Shown here: in pieces, positions 43,970 to 54,537 of the stretch
How positions within the stretch are numbered: the stretch's first letter is position 1
Layout: every line of letters begins with the position of its first letter
Source of the DNA: Escherichia phage SUT_E520
Sequence record: OQ990040
Direction: 5' to 3' (one strand)
Length of the DNA: 64,000 bases
Notes under the pieces: model-generated
Told to the model about the DNA's origin: nothing
What the model saw: the letters and a program-made list of their open reading frames with translations, nothing else
Databases searched by the model: none
Made by a program: the position numbers and the translations under genes

Positions 43970-44502
43970 TAATAAGTAACCAATTCCTGTACAAATCGCA
44001 GGCTGTTATCACTGTTTGCGCCAGTTGCGTAAACTAAACGAGTAGATTCATAGTTGTAATCTAGAATCGTATTATCCAGATATACATCTGCCTCTAGTTT
44101 TTGATTACTAAAGATTGTGGATACAAAAGCACTTTCAATATGACCATATTGATACATTTCTAGAAGAAGGTTAGCACCACCTAGAACTACTGTCTGCTGA
44201 TCTTTCAGAAATGTAGGTAAAGCATCCCCAATCTTAGAAATTGGGGTGTAAATATCATGTGTAATATCATCTGGCAGTGGACGATCAGCACGAATAAATA
44301 GGTCAGAAGCTCCAATCATACGTTCTCTAACGGCGTATGGAAGAGCTAAATAAGTACCCGCACCAATGATGATGTTATCTGGATTCAACACGTCCAGTTG
44401 AGAATAGAAAGCATCTAGTTCTTCTTTGAAGGAACCCCATGGAAGTTTACCGCGGAGGCCGAACTCCCCATTCGGCCCAACTGCATACATTGCTGTAATC
44501 AT
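43969..44502 (-). CDS. frd: dihydrofolate reductase
   Basis: N-terminal [15 protein letters not shown]...LPW; contiguous with thyA and nrd genes. Confidence 0.6.
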   Translation of the reverse strand: MITAMYAVGPNGEFGLRGKLPWGSFKEELDAFYSQLDVLNPDNIIIGAGTYLALPYAVRERMIGASDLFIRADRPLPDDITHDIYTPISKIGDALPTFLKDQQTVVLGGANLLLEMYQYGHIESAFVSTIFSNQKLEADVYLDNTILDYNYESTRLVYATGANSDNSLRFVQELVTY

Positions 44503-45644
44503 AAGAAATCTCCAAATTCATTACCCAGATCTTTCAGAGTATCAGTAGAGGTCTCAGTTACCTGACCTACACGGTAGGCTGCACCAATCTGGATTTCTTG
44601 TGGAGCAGGCTGTAGAGAAGTAGTATCCAACCAGTTCATAATCCACGGAATAGGGTTTTTGGTGATTACTGGTAAATGACTAGGCCATTCTACACCGATG
44701 TGCATAAATGCATTACGTCCCACAAAATACAGATATTCTTCTAGAAGTTCTGCATTCAAGCCAATCAGACTACGACCTTTGAAAATGAAATGACCCCATT
44801 CAATTTCAGTTTTCAGAGTTTTCAGGAGCTGTGCTGGTGCTTTAGCCACTGCTTCATCTACCAGATCTTTGTCAAATTGCTGAAACATAATCTGGATGAT
44901 TGCTTTGGACATCTGAGTGTGCAGAGCTTCATCTTTAGCGATTAATTGCAGATTTTTAGCAATACCTTGCAGAATATCGTTCTCTGCTAATGCAAAGGTA
45001 CATGCAAAGGATGCGTAAAACTGCATTGCTTCCAGACCATAGATCGCAAAGTAAGCGTCTAATAGTTTAGCCTGAGTTTCACGTTTAACTTCAGGGAACT
45101 CAGTTTCTGGATATGTATTGTCGCCACGATGATCGCGTACTGCGATGAAATACTGACCTAACTGGTACAGTTCATCGAATAGTTCAACAGAATCAGCGAT
45201 GCGCGCGAATGCTTCTTGGTTTTTGGTTACAGAATCAATAAATTCTGCTGGATCAGTCAGCACATTACGAATAATATTGCTATAAGCACGACTATGCAGG
45301 TCTTCAAAATAGCTCCACTGTTTGAGCATACCTTCCAATTCTGGACGACTTACAAGCGGCATAATAGCTGCTTCAGGGGCACGACTAATAAAGGAATCAG
45401 TTTGAGTTTGCCATGCTAAGTTCAGGAGTGTAATTTCCTGAATTTCTCGTGGGAGATTAGGCCATTGTTTCTTATCTGCTTCCAGACTGATTTCAGTTTC
45501 AGTCCAAAATTGAGAGCGCTGCAGAAGTGCCAGACGTTCTAGTTCTGGATGTGCTACACGTACATAATCTGCGATACCGAGAGAATCTCCCAGGAAAAGG
45601 TCGGCGTTAGTATGATCCCAATTCAGGTTTAGTAAAGTAGTCAT
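44499..45644 (-). CDS. nrdB: ribonucleotide reductase class Ia beta subunit
   Basis: 381 aa; ferritin-like di-iron fold; adjacent to nrdA. Confidence 0.7.
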   Translation of the reverse strand: MTTLLNLNWDHTNADLFLGDSLGIADYVRVAHPELERLALLQRSQFWTETEISLEADKKQWPNLPREIQEITLLNLAWQTQTDSFISRAPEAAIMPLVSRPELEGMLKQWSYFEDLHSRAYSNIIRNVLTDPAEFIDSVTKNQEAFARIADSVELFDELYQLGQYFIAVRDHRGDNTYPETEFPEVKRETQAKLLDAYFAIYGLEAMQFYASFACTFALAENDILQGIAKNLQLIAKDEALHTQMSKAIIQIMFQQFDKDLVDEAVAKAPAQLLKTLKTEIEWGHFIFKGRSLIGLNAELLEEYLYFVGRNAFMHIGVEWPSHLPVITKNPIPWIMNWLDTTSLQPAPQEIQIGAAYRVGQVTETSTDTLKDLGNEFGDFL

Positions 45645-45710
45645 TGATTTTCCTCTTTCTCACTATTTCAGGAATATTATAGCAAATCTGGTAGCGATTA
45701 GCAAGTAAAA

Positions 45711-46193
45711 TTATAAACTATCAAGCTCCAATAGTTTAGCATCGCGCCATTCTATAGCATCCTCTAATTCTTTGAATGTTTTAGTATGTTTTACACCTTT
45801 TCTAGCAATCTGGACTTGGTAAGATCCGCTTGCTTTTTGGTGTATATTCTTAATACCTAACTTATTGTCTTTGTGCGCTCCGACATTCTTTCCATTGTTA
45901 AATCTATCAGATGCTAATAAATTAATTGCTCTATTATCATGACGTATTCTGTTGTCATGGTCTACTTCTTTTGGAATGTATCCATGAGTGATATAGAATG
46001 CTAGGATATGTGCATAGTATTTTTTACCCCTTACTTGCATTACTATATACCCTGAGCATTTTTCTAGAGAACCTGCTTCTTTGCCAGCAAACTTAGTATT
46101 AAAGGATTTATCTTCTCTAGGTTTGTGGGTAAAGATTCCAGTTTCTGGATTATAGTCAAATAACCCAGCTATTTCTTTATATTTTTCTTCCAT
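45711..46193 (-). mobile_element. HNH homing endonuclease gene between nrdB and nrdA
   Basis: HNH motif VDHDNRIRHDNRAINL; AP2-like C-terminal segment; intergenic position between two core genes. Confidence 0.55.
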
Positions 46194-46248
46194 AATCTAA
46201 AATTACAGCTATGATAGGCCTAATAAAGGGGCTTTCGCCCCTTATTTA

Positions 46249-48582
46249 TTATAATTGACAACCACCGGATGCACATCCAGCAGCAGCTTCTTCACCTGCA
46301 CCTCCACCATTTGCAGTATTGAAGTTTGCATAGTAGAAAGTTTTCCACCCATACTTAACAGCAGTCATGAAATCACGAACTACTACTGGGCCAGGAATGA
46401 TTTCATTCTCAAACTTGGTGTAGTCATAGTACATATTCGTACTGATAGACTGACTGAAGAATTTCTGCATAGTTGCTACCCACTTGATCCACTCGATACG
46501 ATCTACATCATAAGCCAGTTTATAGCTCATTAACGTTTCCCAATCGGTTGCACCTGGAGCAATTGCAATTACTTTATTTACTGCACTACCCTTGATAGAT
46601 ACAATCTTACGAGGTGGTTCGATAGAGTTAGTAACACCTAACAGAACAGAAGAACTTTCTCCCGGCATCTGAGCAGTCAGAACAGAGTTACGCATACCAT
46701 ATTTCAGAATATCTGCACGCAGAGACTCCCAATCCATTTCTAGACCTACGGATACCAGTTCATCAACAGTTTTCTTGTACGTGTCGATTACCAGAATTCC
46801 TTTAGATGGTTTAGTACGATCAAACCACTCACATGCACCCTGTTCTTTAGCTAGGCGTACAGAGGCTTTATGCAGGAAGTAAGACAGTTTTTCAGCCTCA
46901 CGGTGAATCCAGTTACGAGCTTCAATACCTTCATAAGCCAGACCTTCTGCTGCCATTGCACCTGCTGCGTTCATCAGGCCAATACCAACATTACGACGTT
47001 TCTTAGCCGTATATTCCATAGTTGGGAACGGATAATCCTGAATTTCAATAATTGTATCAACGAATTTCAGAAGGATGTAGCAAGTTTTTTCCCACTCAGC
47101 CAGAGATTCCATGCGTCCAAGTACAACACCGCCTAAGTTACACAGAGATACTTCACCAATATCCTCCGGCTTCATTTGATCAAGTTGTTCTTTTGTTTTA
47201 TACAGTTCCGTGATATGATGGAACGGGCGTGTAGGCTGAGTAATTTCAACACAAAGGTTTGTCATACGGATCGGATCAAGGAAGTTACCGTGACGATTAG
47301 ATTCCCCGATGTGATGAGCATACATACGTCCTGTTTCCATTCGGATACGTAGCCAAGTATCTAGGATTTCTTTTGCAGAGACTTTAGGAGCTGCTGGAAC
47401 TGTTTTTCCTTCGTGGTCGATCTTTGTAAGAGATGCCACACGTTTCTCCGCTGCCACGTAGATTTCTTCAAATTTAGCCTCGTCATCACTATAAAACGCT
47501 TCATGAACTTCTGGAGCATAGAAGTATGACATTAGCGTAATATCTTCGTTTTTAAGATAACGTTTTAACAAAAGATTGTTAAAGCTCAGAGAATAGTCCA
47601 TCTTATCGATTTTATTCTCATCTGTAGCACGTTGTTGCTTAACCTGCATCAATTGAATGATTTCAGGGTCGAAGTACGTATAAGACACTGTGGCAGAACC
47701 ACCACGAGTTTGCTGAGTATTGGCCTTTACTGAGCGGTCAATGTGTCGATAATATGGCAGTTTTCCGGAATGCGGGAATGCCCCATTTCGCACCGGATCA
47801 GCAATTGATCGGCTTTCAAGATGATACCCGATTCCCGCTCTGGCTGCGACCATTTTGAAGACGATGTGCTCGGCGGTGTCGATTGAATCCAACGTGTCAG
47901 TGGAATCCACGAGGCAGCAACTAGCAAATCCACGGTCACTAGAGCGCAGACCAACCAGTGGCGGCGTAGGAATGTTGATTTTGTGGAGTGACATTGCGTT
48001 GTAGAGGTCGATTGCATCTAGAATTGTCCAGTTAGGTTGAGATAACATCGCCATTGCCATACCCATGTAGGCAAACTGCGGAGTTTCATAGATTTCACCA
48101 GTGGCTATGTTACGACGGGAATACTTATCAAAGAACTGTTTCAGCCCACCACTAGTAAAAAGACGGTCACGATCATGGTCGATAACCTGATTCAGAGCTT
48201 CAAATTGCTCATCGGTAATCCATGCACTCATGTCTTCCCATGCACCTACGCTAACCATATGGTCATGGAAGAAGCGCAGAGAAGGTGGTTCGAAGGAATC
48301 ATAGAGGCGTTTACGCATTTGCGCAAGACGTAATTCCTTTGCTGGCACATCATATGCTGGATTATCTTTGATAAGACTTTCAGCAGCTTTAATTAATGCA
48401 TCCATCAGAGTGTCGGAATCTACAACCCCTTTAGGCAGAGTTTTTTGAGCAGCCATAGTAATGGCTGACCAACTTACATCAACTGTTTTGCAACCATACT
48501 CCGCCCAACCATTGAGTTTTTCAGGAGCAAAGTCTTCTACAGTACCGTCACGTTTAATTACTTTTTCAATGCGATGGCTCAT
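46249..48582 (-). CDS. nrdA: ribonucleotide reductase class Ia alpha subunit (start at internal ATG 48582)
   Basis: ATP-cone-like N-terminus MSHRIEKVIKRDGTVEDF after AAGGAAAG RBS; typical NrdA length and C-terminal Cys-containing tail. Confidence 0.75.
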   Translation of the reverse strand: MSHRIEKVIKRDGTVEDFAPEKLNGWAEYGCKTVDVSWSAITMAAQKTLPKGVVDSDTLMDALIKAAESLIKDNPAYDVPAKELRLAQMRKRLYDSFEPPSLRFFHDHMVSVGAWEDMSAWITDEQFEALNQVIDHDRDRLFTSGGLKQFFDKYSRRNIATGEIYETPQFAYMGMAMAMLSQPNWTILDAIDLYNAMSLHKINIPTPPLVGLRSSDRGFASCCLVDSTDTLDSIDTAEHIVFKMVAARAGIGYHLESRSIADPVRNGAFPHSGKLPYYRHIDRSVKANTQQTRGGSATVSYTYFDPEIIQLMQVKQQRATDENKIDKMDYSLSFNNLLLKRYLKNEDITLMSYFYAPEVHEAFYSDDEAKFEEIYVAAEKRVASLTKIDHEGKTVPAAPKVSAKEILDTWLRIRMETGRMYAHHIGESNRHGNFLDPIRMTNLCVEITQPTRPFHHITELYKTKEQLDQMKPEDIGEVSLCNLGGVVLGRMESLAEWEKTCYILLKFVDTIIEIQDYPFPTMEYTAKKRRNVGIGLMNAAGAMAAEGLAYEGIEARNWIHREAEKLSYFLHKASVRLAKEQGACEWFDRTKPSKGILVIDTYKKTVDELVSVGLEMDWESLRADILKYGMRNSVLTAQMPGESSSVLLGVTNSIEPPRKIVSIKGSAVNKVIAIAPGATDWETLMSYKLAYDVDRIEWIKWVATMQKFFSQSISTNMYYDYTKFENEIIPGPVVVRDFMTAVKYGWKTFYYANFNTANGGGAGEEAAAGCASGGCQL

Positions 48583-48724
48583 TTGGCTTTCCTTTTTATA
48601 GTTATCAGGATTTAAGGAATATTCTACTTTATTATCGGTCATTAGGCAAATAAAATTTTCTGATAGAAAAGGCCCGAGTATTTTCATACCCAGGCCCTGT
48701 ATATTACCAGTCTAGCTTTTTAGC

Positions 48725-48946
48725 TTATTCAATTACTTTAGCTCTAGCTACTTCTTTTAATAGAATATCTATGGAGGTGCTCAGCTCGTTATAATTGAAT
48801 GGTTTATTTGGATTTGAGGTTACAATTTTCCACGCTAGGGTTGTCTTAGGACTTTCTTCCCCTTCCTTACGTGTAATCATATTAGCAGCACTCAGTGAAG
48901 TACGATGTATTTTAGTTTTACGGCTCAGATGAACGACGTTTCCCAT
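48725..48946 (-). CDS. hypothetical small protein (internal start chosen)
   Basis: ORF downstream of phoH; longer ORF would overlap phoH. Confidence 0.3.
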   Translation of the reverse strand: MGNVVHLSRKTKIHRTSLSAANMITRKEGEESPKTTLAWKIVTSNPNKPFNYNELSTSIDILLKEVARAKVIE

Positions 48947-48947
48947 A

Positions 48948-49709
48948 TTACACCTTCCCCATGTCTTTAAAAATATCATAGAATGCTTTAGACTCAACAG
49001 AACGAACGTTATCAATCAATTCGATCATTGAGAATGGGGCATTTTCGTATTTTTCATAGACTTCCATAAGGAGTGCTAGACCTGAGTCACCTTTAATGTC
49101 TTTCTGAGCTATATCTCCGCAGATAATTAAACGGCAGTCTTGTCCTACACGAGTTAGGAGACAAATCATTGCCTCAACGGAAATATTCTGAGCTTCATCG
49201 ACAATTACATAGGAGTTGTTGAAAGTTCTGCCACGAGCATGTTCGACAGCCAAAAATTTAATTTTCTGACGTTCGACATATCCTTTATACGCATGATCGC
49301 CGATGGCCCATTTCATACCATCAGCTATTGGCTCCAACCAAGGCTCTAGCTTTTCCGCTAGATCACCAGGAAGCATACCAAGAGACTTACCTAGAGGTTC
49401 ATTAGGACGTACGAGAATCACTTGCTCAATATCTGAGTGAATGTCTGCGAGTTCCTGAGCTGCAAGAACGGACGGAATAAAGGTTTTACCAGTACCTGGC
49501 TCACCGATACCCACAGTCACTGTGTTGTTCTTGATCATATTGATATATGATTTTTGCTCGCGGTTTTTACCTACTAGGGATTTAGCAACTGGGTTAGCGT
49601 AATCATTAGAAAAATCAGCCTGAATTACGTTATTCTCATATTTGTTGCCACGCTTTCTTGAACCATTACGGTTCTCTCTTTTTTGACGTGCTTTTCCCAT
49701 AAATAACAC
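48948..49709 (-). CDS. phoH: PhoH-like ATPase
   Basis: Walker A GEPGTGKTF, Walker B VIVDEAQN. Confidence 0.7.
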   Translation of the reverse strand: MLFMGKARQKRENRNGSRKRGNKYENNVIQADFSNDYANPVAKSLVGKNREQKSYINMIKNNTVTVGIGEPGTGKTFIPSVLAAQELADIHSDIEQVILVRPNEPLGKSLGMLPGDLAEKLEPWLEPIADGMKWAIGDHAYKGYVERQKIKFLAVEHARGRTFNNSYVIVDEAQNISVEAMICLLTRVGQDCRLIICGDIAQKDIKGDSGLALLMEVYEKYENAPFSMIELIDNVRSVESKAFYDIFKDMGKV

Positions 49710-49994
49710 TCCTATAGTGTACTTCGCTAACAGAGGATCAACAAAAAGATCTTGTTTATCAACTTACAAATATATTATACCAATATATACAGTAAAAAGC
49801 AACTACAATTTTAAATAAGCCTATGATATTGCATTTAAATAAAAAATTTGCTTGCTTTTAACGTGAGATGTGTGATACTAGATAATCATTTTATATCGCG
49901 TGCACGAGTGTGTGATTATACAATTTTTAATAGAGATTGGCAAATAAAATTTTTTGACTCAGATCATGTTACAGAACTTTATAGTAAAATATTG

Positions 49995-50023
49995 TTGACA
50001 TCCGCCCTCGAATGAGTTATAAT
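49995..50023 (+). promoter_or_regulatory. strong sigma70 promoter upstream of nrdD (-35 TTGACA, 17 bp, -10 TATAAT)
   Basis: TTGACA at 49995-50000; TATAAT at 50018-50023; GAGAAGGAGAG RBS before ATG 50053. Confidence 0.65.
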
Positions 50024-50052
50024 AGTAGTCTTAGTTAGAGAAGGAGAGTATA

Positions 50053-51927
50053 ATGAATCGCAATGAAGAACTAAAGTATAAAGAAATGCAGGCGTTAATT
50101 AGAAACTGCAAAGAGATTATCGAAGGGTCAGCAGATGAAGAGCTGCTGTTTAATAATGCTAATAAACCCTCAGAACGTTTCCCTACACAAAGGGATATGC
50201 TTGCAGGTGAATTGAGTAAGTATCTGATTCTAGAAGAAATGCCAATTCAGATTCGAAATGCTCATATGATTGGGGATATTCATTTCCATGATGCTGATTA
50301 TGCTGCATTAGGCATGACTAACTGTTGTCTGGTAGCTTTGGAAGATATGTTGAAGAATGGTATGAAGGTTGGTAATGCTGAAATTAGCACTCCAAACTCT
50401 ATCACTACTGCGGCGGCTATTACTGCTCAGATTATCACTCAGGTTAGCTCCCATCAGTATGGTGGTACTTCTGTAGACCGCCTTGATGAAGTATTAGCCC
50501 CTTATGTTCGTAAATCATATGACAAAAATCATGCGTTTGCAAAACGTTGGACTAAGGATGAAGCCAAAGCATCCGTAATGGCTACGGAGATGACTGAAAA
50601 GGAAGTCTATGACGCTTGTCAGGGTTTAGAATATGAAATCAATACCATGTTCAACTCTAACGGTCAGAGTCCATTTATTACCTTTGGTTTTGGTCTAGGA
50701 ACTTCTTGGGAAGCACGTCTAGTACAGAAAGCAATACTGAAAGTACGCATGGATGGTTTAGGTATCAATAAACGTACAGCTATCTTCCCGAAACTGGTAT
50801 TTGTACTTCGTGATGGTGTTAACATGAAACCAGGAGATGTTAATTATGACATCAAGAAGTTAGCTATGAAATGTACTGCTGAACGTATGTATCCAGATTA
50901 TATCAGCTATGACAAAGTTGTAGAAGTTACTGGAGACTATAAAGTTTCTATGGGCTGTCGTTCATTCCTAGCTGCTACAGAAGATGGTGAAACTGCCGGT
51001 CGTAATAACTTAGGTGTTGTTTCTGTAAACTTGCCTAGAATTGCTATCGAAGCTGAAGGAAATATTGACCTATTTTTTGATTTGCTTGAACTGCGTGTGG
51101 ATACAGCGTTAAAAGCATTGGAGTGGAGAGTTGATCGCTTAAAATACATCCAAGCTAAAGCTGCACCCATCCTCTATATGTCAGGAGCCTTTGGGTTACG
51201 CTTGGAGCCTGATGAATATGTATTCGATCATTTCTATAATCGTGCTTCTGTATCTCTAGGGTATATTGGCTGCCATGAAATGCTACAGTTCATGTTTGGC
51301 AAAGATATAGACACAATGTCCGAGACCTGCATCAAGTTTGTTCAGCGTGTATTGCAGTACATGCGGGATAGAGTCGATCAGAAGAAGGAAGAAACTAAGT
51401 TAGGTTATAGCCTGTATGCTACACCATCAGAATCCCTATGTGATCGCTTTTGTCGTCTAGACCGTGAATATTTCCCGGAACATGAAGATATTCTGTCCAA
51501 AGGATACTACACTAACTCTCACCACCTTGATGTGGAACGTAAAGTTGCTCCTAACGTGAAATTTGATTATGAATCTAACTTTACTCCGATTGCTTCTGGT
51601 GGGTGTATTTCCTACGTAGAATTACCGGATATGAAACGATTCCCAGATGCACTGGAATGGGTTATTAATTATGCTGCTAGTAAGGTTCATTACTTCGGTA
51701 TTAATACTCCAGTGGATTCTTGCGGTAAATGTGGATTCTTAGGTGAAACAATAGCATCCGAAGATGGATTTAAGTGCCCTATCTGTGGTAATCATGACCC
51801 CGAAACTCTTGAAGTAACTCGTCGAGTTTGTGGGTATCTTGGAAATCCGGGTGCTCGTCCATTTAACCCCGGCAAACAGCACGAGGTGATGGGCAGAGTG
51901 AAACATCAGGATATTCGAGCTAAATAA
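50053..51927 (+). CDS. nrdD: anaerobic ribonucleoside-triphosphate reductase (class III)
   Basis: 624 aa; C-terminal Cys cluster CGKCGF...CPICG and glycyl-radical motif RVCGYLG. Confidence 0.75.
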   Translation: MNRNEELKYKEMQALIRNCKEIIEGSADEELLFNNANKPSERFPTQRDMLAGELSKYLILEEMPIQIRNAHMIGDIHFHDADYAALGMTNCCLVALEDMLKNGMKVGNAEISTPNSITTAAAITAQIITQVSSHQYGGTSVDRLDEVLAPYVRKSYDKNHAFAKRWTKDEAKASVMATEMTEKEVYDACQGLEYEINTMFNSNGQSPFITFGFGLGTSWEARLVQKAILKVRMDGLGINKRTAIFPKLVFVLRDGVNMKPGDVNYDIKKLAMKCTAERMYPDYISYDKVVEVTGDYKVSMGCRSFLAATEDGETAGRNNLGVVSVNLPRIAIEAEGNIDLFFDLLELRVDTALKALEWRVDRLKYIQAKAAPILYMSGAFGLRLEPDEYVFDHFYNRASVSLGYIGCHEMLQFMFGKDIDTMSETCIKFVQRVLQYMRDRVDQKKEETKLGYSLYATPSESLCDRFCRLDREYFPEHEDILSKGYYTNSHHLDVERKVAPNVKFDYESNFTPIASGGCISYVELPDMKRFPDALEWVINYAASKVHYFGINTPVDSCGKCGFLGETIASEDGFKCPICGNHDPETLEVTRRVCGYLGNPGARPFNPGKQHEVMGRVKHQDIRAK

Positions 51928-51934
51928 GCTAATC

Positions 51935-51970
51935 AGCCGGGTTGCTAGTCGACCTGGCTTTTATTTTATT
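51935..51970 (+). terminator. rho-independent terminator candidate after nrdD
   Basis: hairpin agccgggt...acctggct followed by TTTTATTTTATTT. Confidence 0.45.
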
Positions 51971-51998
51971 TGCTTTCAGCCAAAAATTTATATATAAT
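51970..51998 (+). promoter_or_regulatory. T5 PN25-like early promoter (-35 TTGCTT, 17 bp, -10 TATAAT)
   Basis: TTTATTTGCTTTCAG and TATAATAGATTTATAAATTTGAGAGGAG closely resemble the classical T5 PN25 promoter/RBS. Confidence 0.65.
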
Positions 51999-52026
51999 AG
52001 ATTTATAAATTTGAGAGGAGAAAGGT

Positions 52027-52407
52027 ATGGAATTAAAGCCCTATATAGTTGAGTCTACATGTGGTGGTTTCCATCTTGGCGTAGACGATCTTAGAGAAGC
52101 TATTTTTGCATCTACTGGAGATTATTCCCATCTAGAGGGTATTGGATATTCATCAATTATTGGTGATTGGGTAGAAACAAATCTAGATGTATCACCATAT
52201 AACTCAGATTGCTTGTTTGACGAGGATGAGGATGAAATAAAGTATGATATTGAATTTGTTTATAATAGAGTATTAAAAGTATACCAACGTAATCCCGAGG
52301 GATACGAAGATATTACTAAAGGTATTAAACAGTATCTTAAAGATGTATACTATAATTTTTCTGATGAAGACCTAGAAACAGTTGCAGTGGAGTTTAATAA
52401 TGGCTAA
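52027..52407 (+). CDS. hypothetical acidic protein (126 aa)
   Basis: first ORF after PN25-like promoter. Confidence 0.5.
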   Translation: MELKPYIVESTCGGFHLGVDDLREAIFASTGDYSHLEGIGYSSIIGDWVETNLDVSPYNSDCLFDEDEDEIKYDIEFVYNRVLKVYQRNPEGYEDITKGIKQYLKDVYYNFSDEDLETVAVEFNNG

Positions 52408-52606
52408 GAATGTAAAACATCTTAAATATCGCTTAATTTACAATGGACGTATGGAAACAGAAGACCTGGCCCAATTAGCTATTAATTCTAACGAGGTTAC
52501 AGTGCGTGCGCTGGCAATTGAAAAGTTGCGTGCCTCTTATGAAAATCGTGTTATGGAACTAGAGGAGAAACTTTATGGCATTCTCGAAGCCGATGCTACC
52601 AGATAA
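52400..52606 (+). CDS. hypothetical protein (68 aa)
   Basis: ATG overlapping upstream stop. Confidence 0.4.
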   Translation: MAKNVKHLKYRLIYNGRMETEDLAQLAINSNEVTVRALAIEKLRASYENRVMELEEKLYGILEADATR

Positions 52607-52796
52607 GGGTTTAAACGCCGCTTTGGAAAACGCATTAATGCAGCACTGGGAAACTGGCTATAAGGATGGTGTTGAATCCTGCGCTACTATGCTAGAAGTT
52701 ATTGCTAATACCTTAATGGAGAAAGGCAATAAAGAATTAGCTGAGCTATTAGACAGTATTGGGCAAAACTTCAGAGAACAGGTGAAAAATGCGTAG
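52575..52796 (+). CDS. hypothetical protein (73 aa)
   Basis: ORF in operon. Confidence 0.4.
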   Translation: MAFSKPMLPDKGLNAALENALMQHWETGYKDGVESCATMLEVIANTLMEKGNKELAELLDSIGQNFREQVKNA

Positions 52797-53604
52797 ATTA
52801 ATTGTTATTAGCGGTGCAGGTTTGAGTGTTGAAAGTGGTGTACGAGCTTTTCGTACTGATACTGCTAGTGGTAAAGCATTGTGGGATGATTATGATCTAG
52901 AAGAAGTATGTAATATTCATGCCTTTCGTGGTAATTTTTATCATAAAACCCATATGTTTTACAACAAGCGTCGTGAAGAGCTAAAAACTGTTGAACCCAA
53001 TCTTGCGCATTTGCGTATCGGTGAATGGTATAAACAATATCCAGGTCAAGTAGTAAACTTGACTACCAACGTTGATGACCTTATTGAGCGTTCTGGCGTT
53101 CCACATAATGACATTCTACACATTCATGGATATTTAAAAGAGGTTGTTGTAGCTGATAGCTACAATAGTAGCAATAAACGGATTATTGATGTAGGATACA
53201 ATTCTATTGATCCAGATGATTATAAATGGGTTAAACCTAATGTAATCTTCTTTGGAGAGCATGCTCCAGCATATGCGGAGATGTACAATGTTTTTGATGG
53301 TATTACCAGTCAAGATATGATCATTGTGGTTGGTTGCTCTAACCAAGTAATTAACTTCTACTGGGAATTATTTCCTGTTCTTAATTTGACTGCTGCCAAG
53401 CTAATGGTTGTTAACTACTATGATAGTGCCCTAGCGGCGGAACCGAGCTATCAAGGTATGACTCGTAGTGAGATGTACCAGCTGGAAGAACGCGGTATCC
53501 CTTACTGGGGTAAAGGTGCGGTAGATGCTTTCAGTGATCCTGATTTTATTGCTCGTGTAGAAGCTCATTTAGGGGGTAGACCTTATGTGTCAGGAAATAA
53601 GTAA
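52789..53604 (+). CDS. Sir2-family (sirtuin-like) NAD-dependent protein
   Basis: ISGAGLSVESGVRAFR, TTNVDDL, HIHG, KPNVIFFGE and IVVGCS match sirtuin NAD-binding and catalytic motifs; no Zn-Cys4 module seen. Confidence 0.6.
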   Translation: MRRLIVISGAGLSVESGVRAFRTDTASGKALWDDYDLEEVCNIHAFRGNFYHKTHMFYNKRREELKTVEPNLAHLRIGEWYKQYPGQVVNLTTNVDDLIERSGVPHNDILHIHGYLKEVVVADSYNSSNKRIIDVGYNSIDPDDYKWVKPNVIFFGEHAPAYAEMYNVFDGITSQDMIIVVGCSNQVINFYWELFPVLNLTAAKLMVVNYYDSALAAEPSYQGMTRSEMYQLEERGIPYWGKGAVDAFSDPDFIARVEAHLGGRPYVSGNK

Positions 53605-54097
53605 TACTCCAATTATTTTTCTAGACATTGATGGGGTGCTCAATTCGAGCATCTCCCACTATCATGCACCTGATGATGAAAAGATTTTCTTTGGAAGTGA
53701 TTGGGTTTTCAAACCGCTTCTCAAGGCTTTTCAGGACTTTATTCGTCCTTCTCCAATAATGATTGTTGGAGTATCATCTTGGTTCTCTGTCAGAAATGAG
53801 ATGGAGAACGTTCAGATTATGACCGGATTAGGCCTTATCGATCGTTTTCTTGGTACAACGGATTTTACTGGTGGTGGATTATCTAGGGGTAATTCTGTTC
53901 TTCGCTTCGTTGAAAAGCATAAGCTCAAACATTGGTGTGTGCTTGATGATGCGGGTGCTATGATGTATCAGTATCCAACGGTTATAGTCAACGGTAGGAC
54001 TGGTATAAATCTTCAAGATTTAAAAGCTGTTAGCTATATGCTAGAATTTAGCCCAGATCTTGAAATGTGTAAATCCTTACAACAATTTAAGGTGTAA
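53585..54097 (+). CDS. HAD-like hydrolase/phosphatase
   Basis: motif I IIFLDIDGVLNS; later VLDDAG-like motif; overlaps Sir2 stop. Confidence 0.5.
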   Translation: MCQEISNTPIIFLDIDGVLNSSISHYHAPDDEKIFFGSDWVFKPLLKAFQDFIRPSPIMIVGVSSWFSVRNEMENVQIMTGLGLIDRFLGTTDFTGGGLSRGNSVLRFVEKHKLKHWCVLDDAGAMMYQYPTVIVNGRTGINLQDLKAVSYMLEFSPDLEMCKSLQQFKV

Positions 54098-54099
54098 AT

Positions 54100-54528
54100 A
54101 TGTTCAATAATGTATTCTCTAAAGAAGCTAACCCAATTTTGGTTAACTTTTGGCGTACTCTTCCAGCTAGCCTGTATAATGAGGCTATTAACTCTTTGAA
54201 AATATGGTGTGAGAATAACGAAATCTACTTTGCTTTTAAAGATGATATTGATGAAGCCCCCTGTATTGGTTTAATTGTTCAGGTAGAGGAGGGTCTTGAA
54301 GAGATTGTCGGCTGGAAAGAGTTAGATGAAATGGGCTTAGTTTTTGCGTTAAACTATAAGCTGTTTATGCCTGCTAAGCATCGCCTCGTTGTTAACTATA
54401 AAACTAGTGAATCTCCTGGTTTTCAAGTTAATGAACGTTACGGTTGGTCTTACTCACCAGAAGAAGTGAATGATGGTATCCAAAAACTTCGCCGTTTCGG
54501 GTATATGATCCCAGGTTTAACTGCTTAA
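54100..54528 (+). CDS. hypothetical protein, tandem paralog A (142 aa)
   Basis: shares D(E/D)xPCIG, W.EL..MGL..ALN..LF.P and IPGL/VPGL with paralog B. Confidence 0.5.
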   Translation: MFNNVFSKEANPILVNFWRTLPASLYNEAINSLKIWCENNEIYFAFKDDIDEAPCIGLIVQVEEGLEEIVGWKELDEMGLVFALNYKLFMPAKHRLVVNYKTSESPGFQVNERYGWSYSPEEVNDGIQKLRRFGYMIPGLTA

Positions 54529-54537
54529 GGAGGCAGA

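Noticed and set aside
50053-54097. NrdG-type radical-SAM activase downstream of nrdD
   Set aside because: None of the ORFs following nrdD has a CxxxCxxC motif; not called
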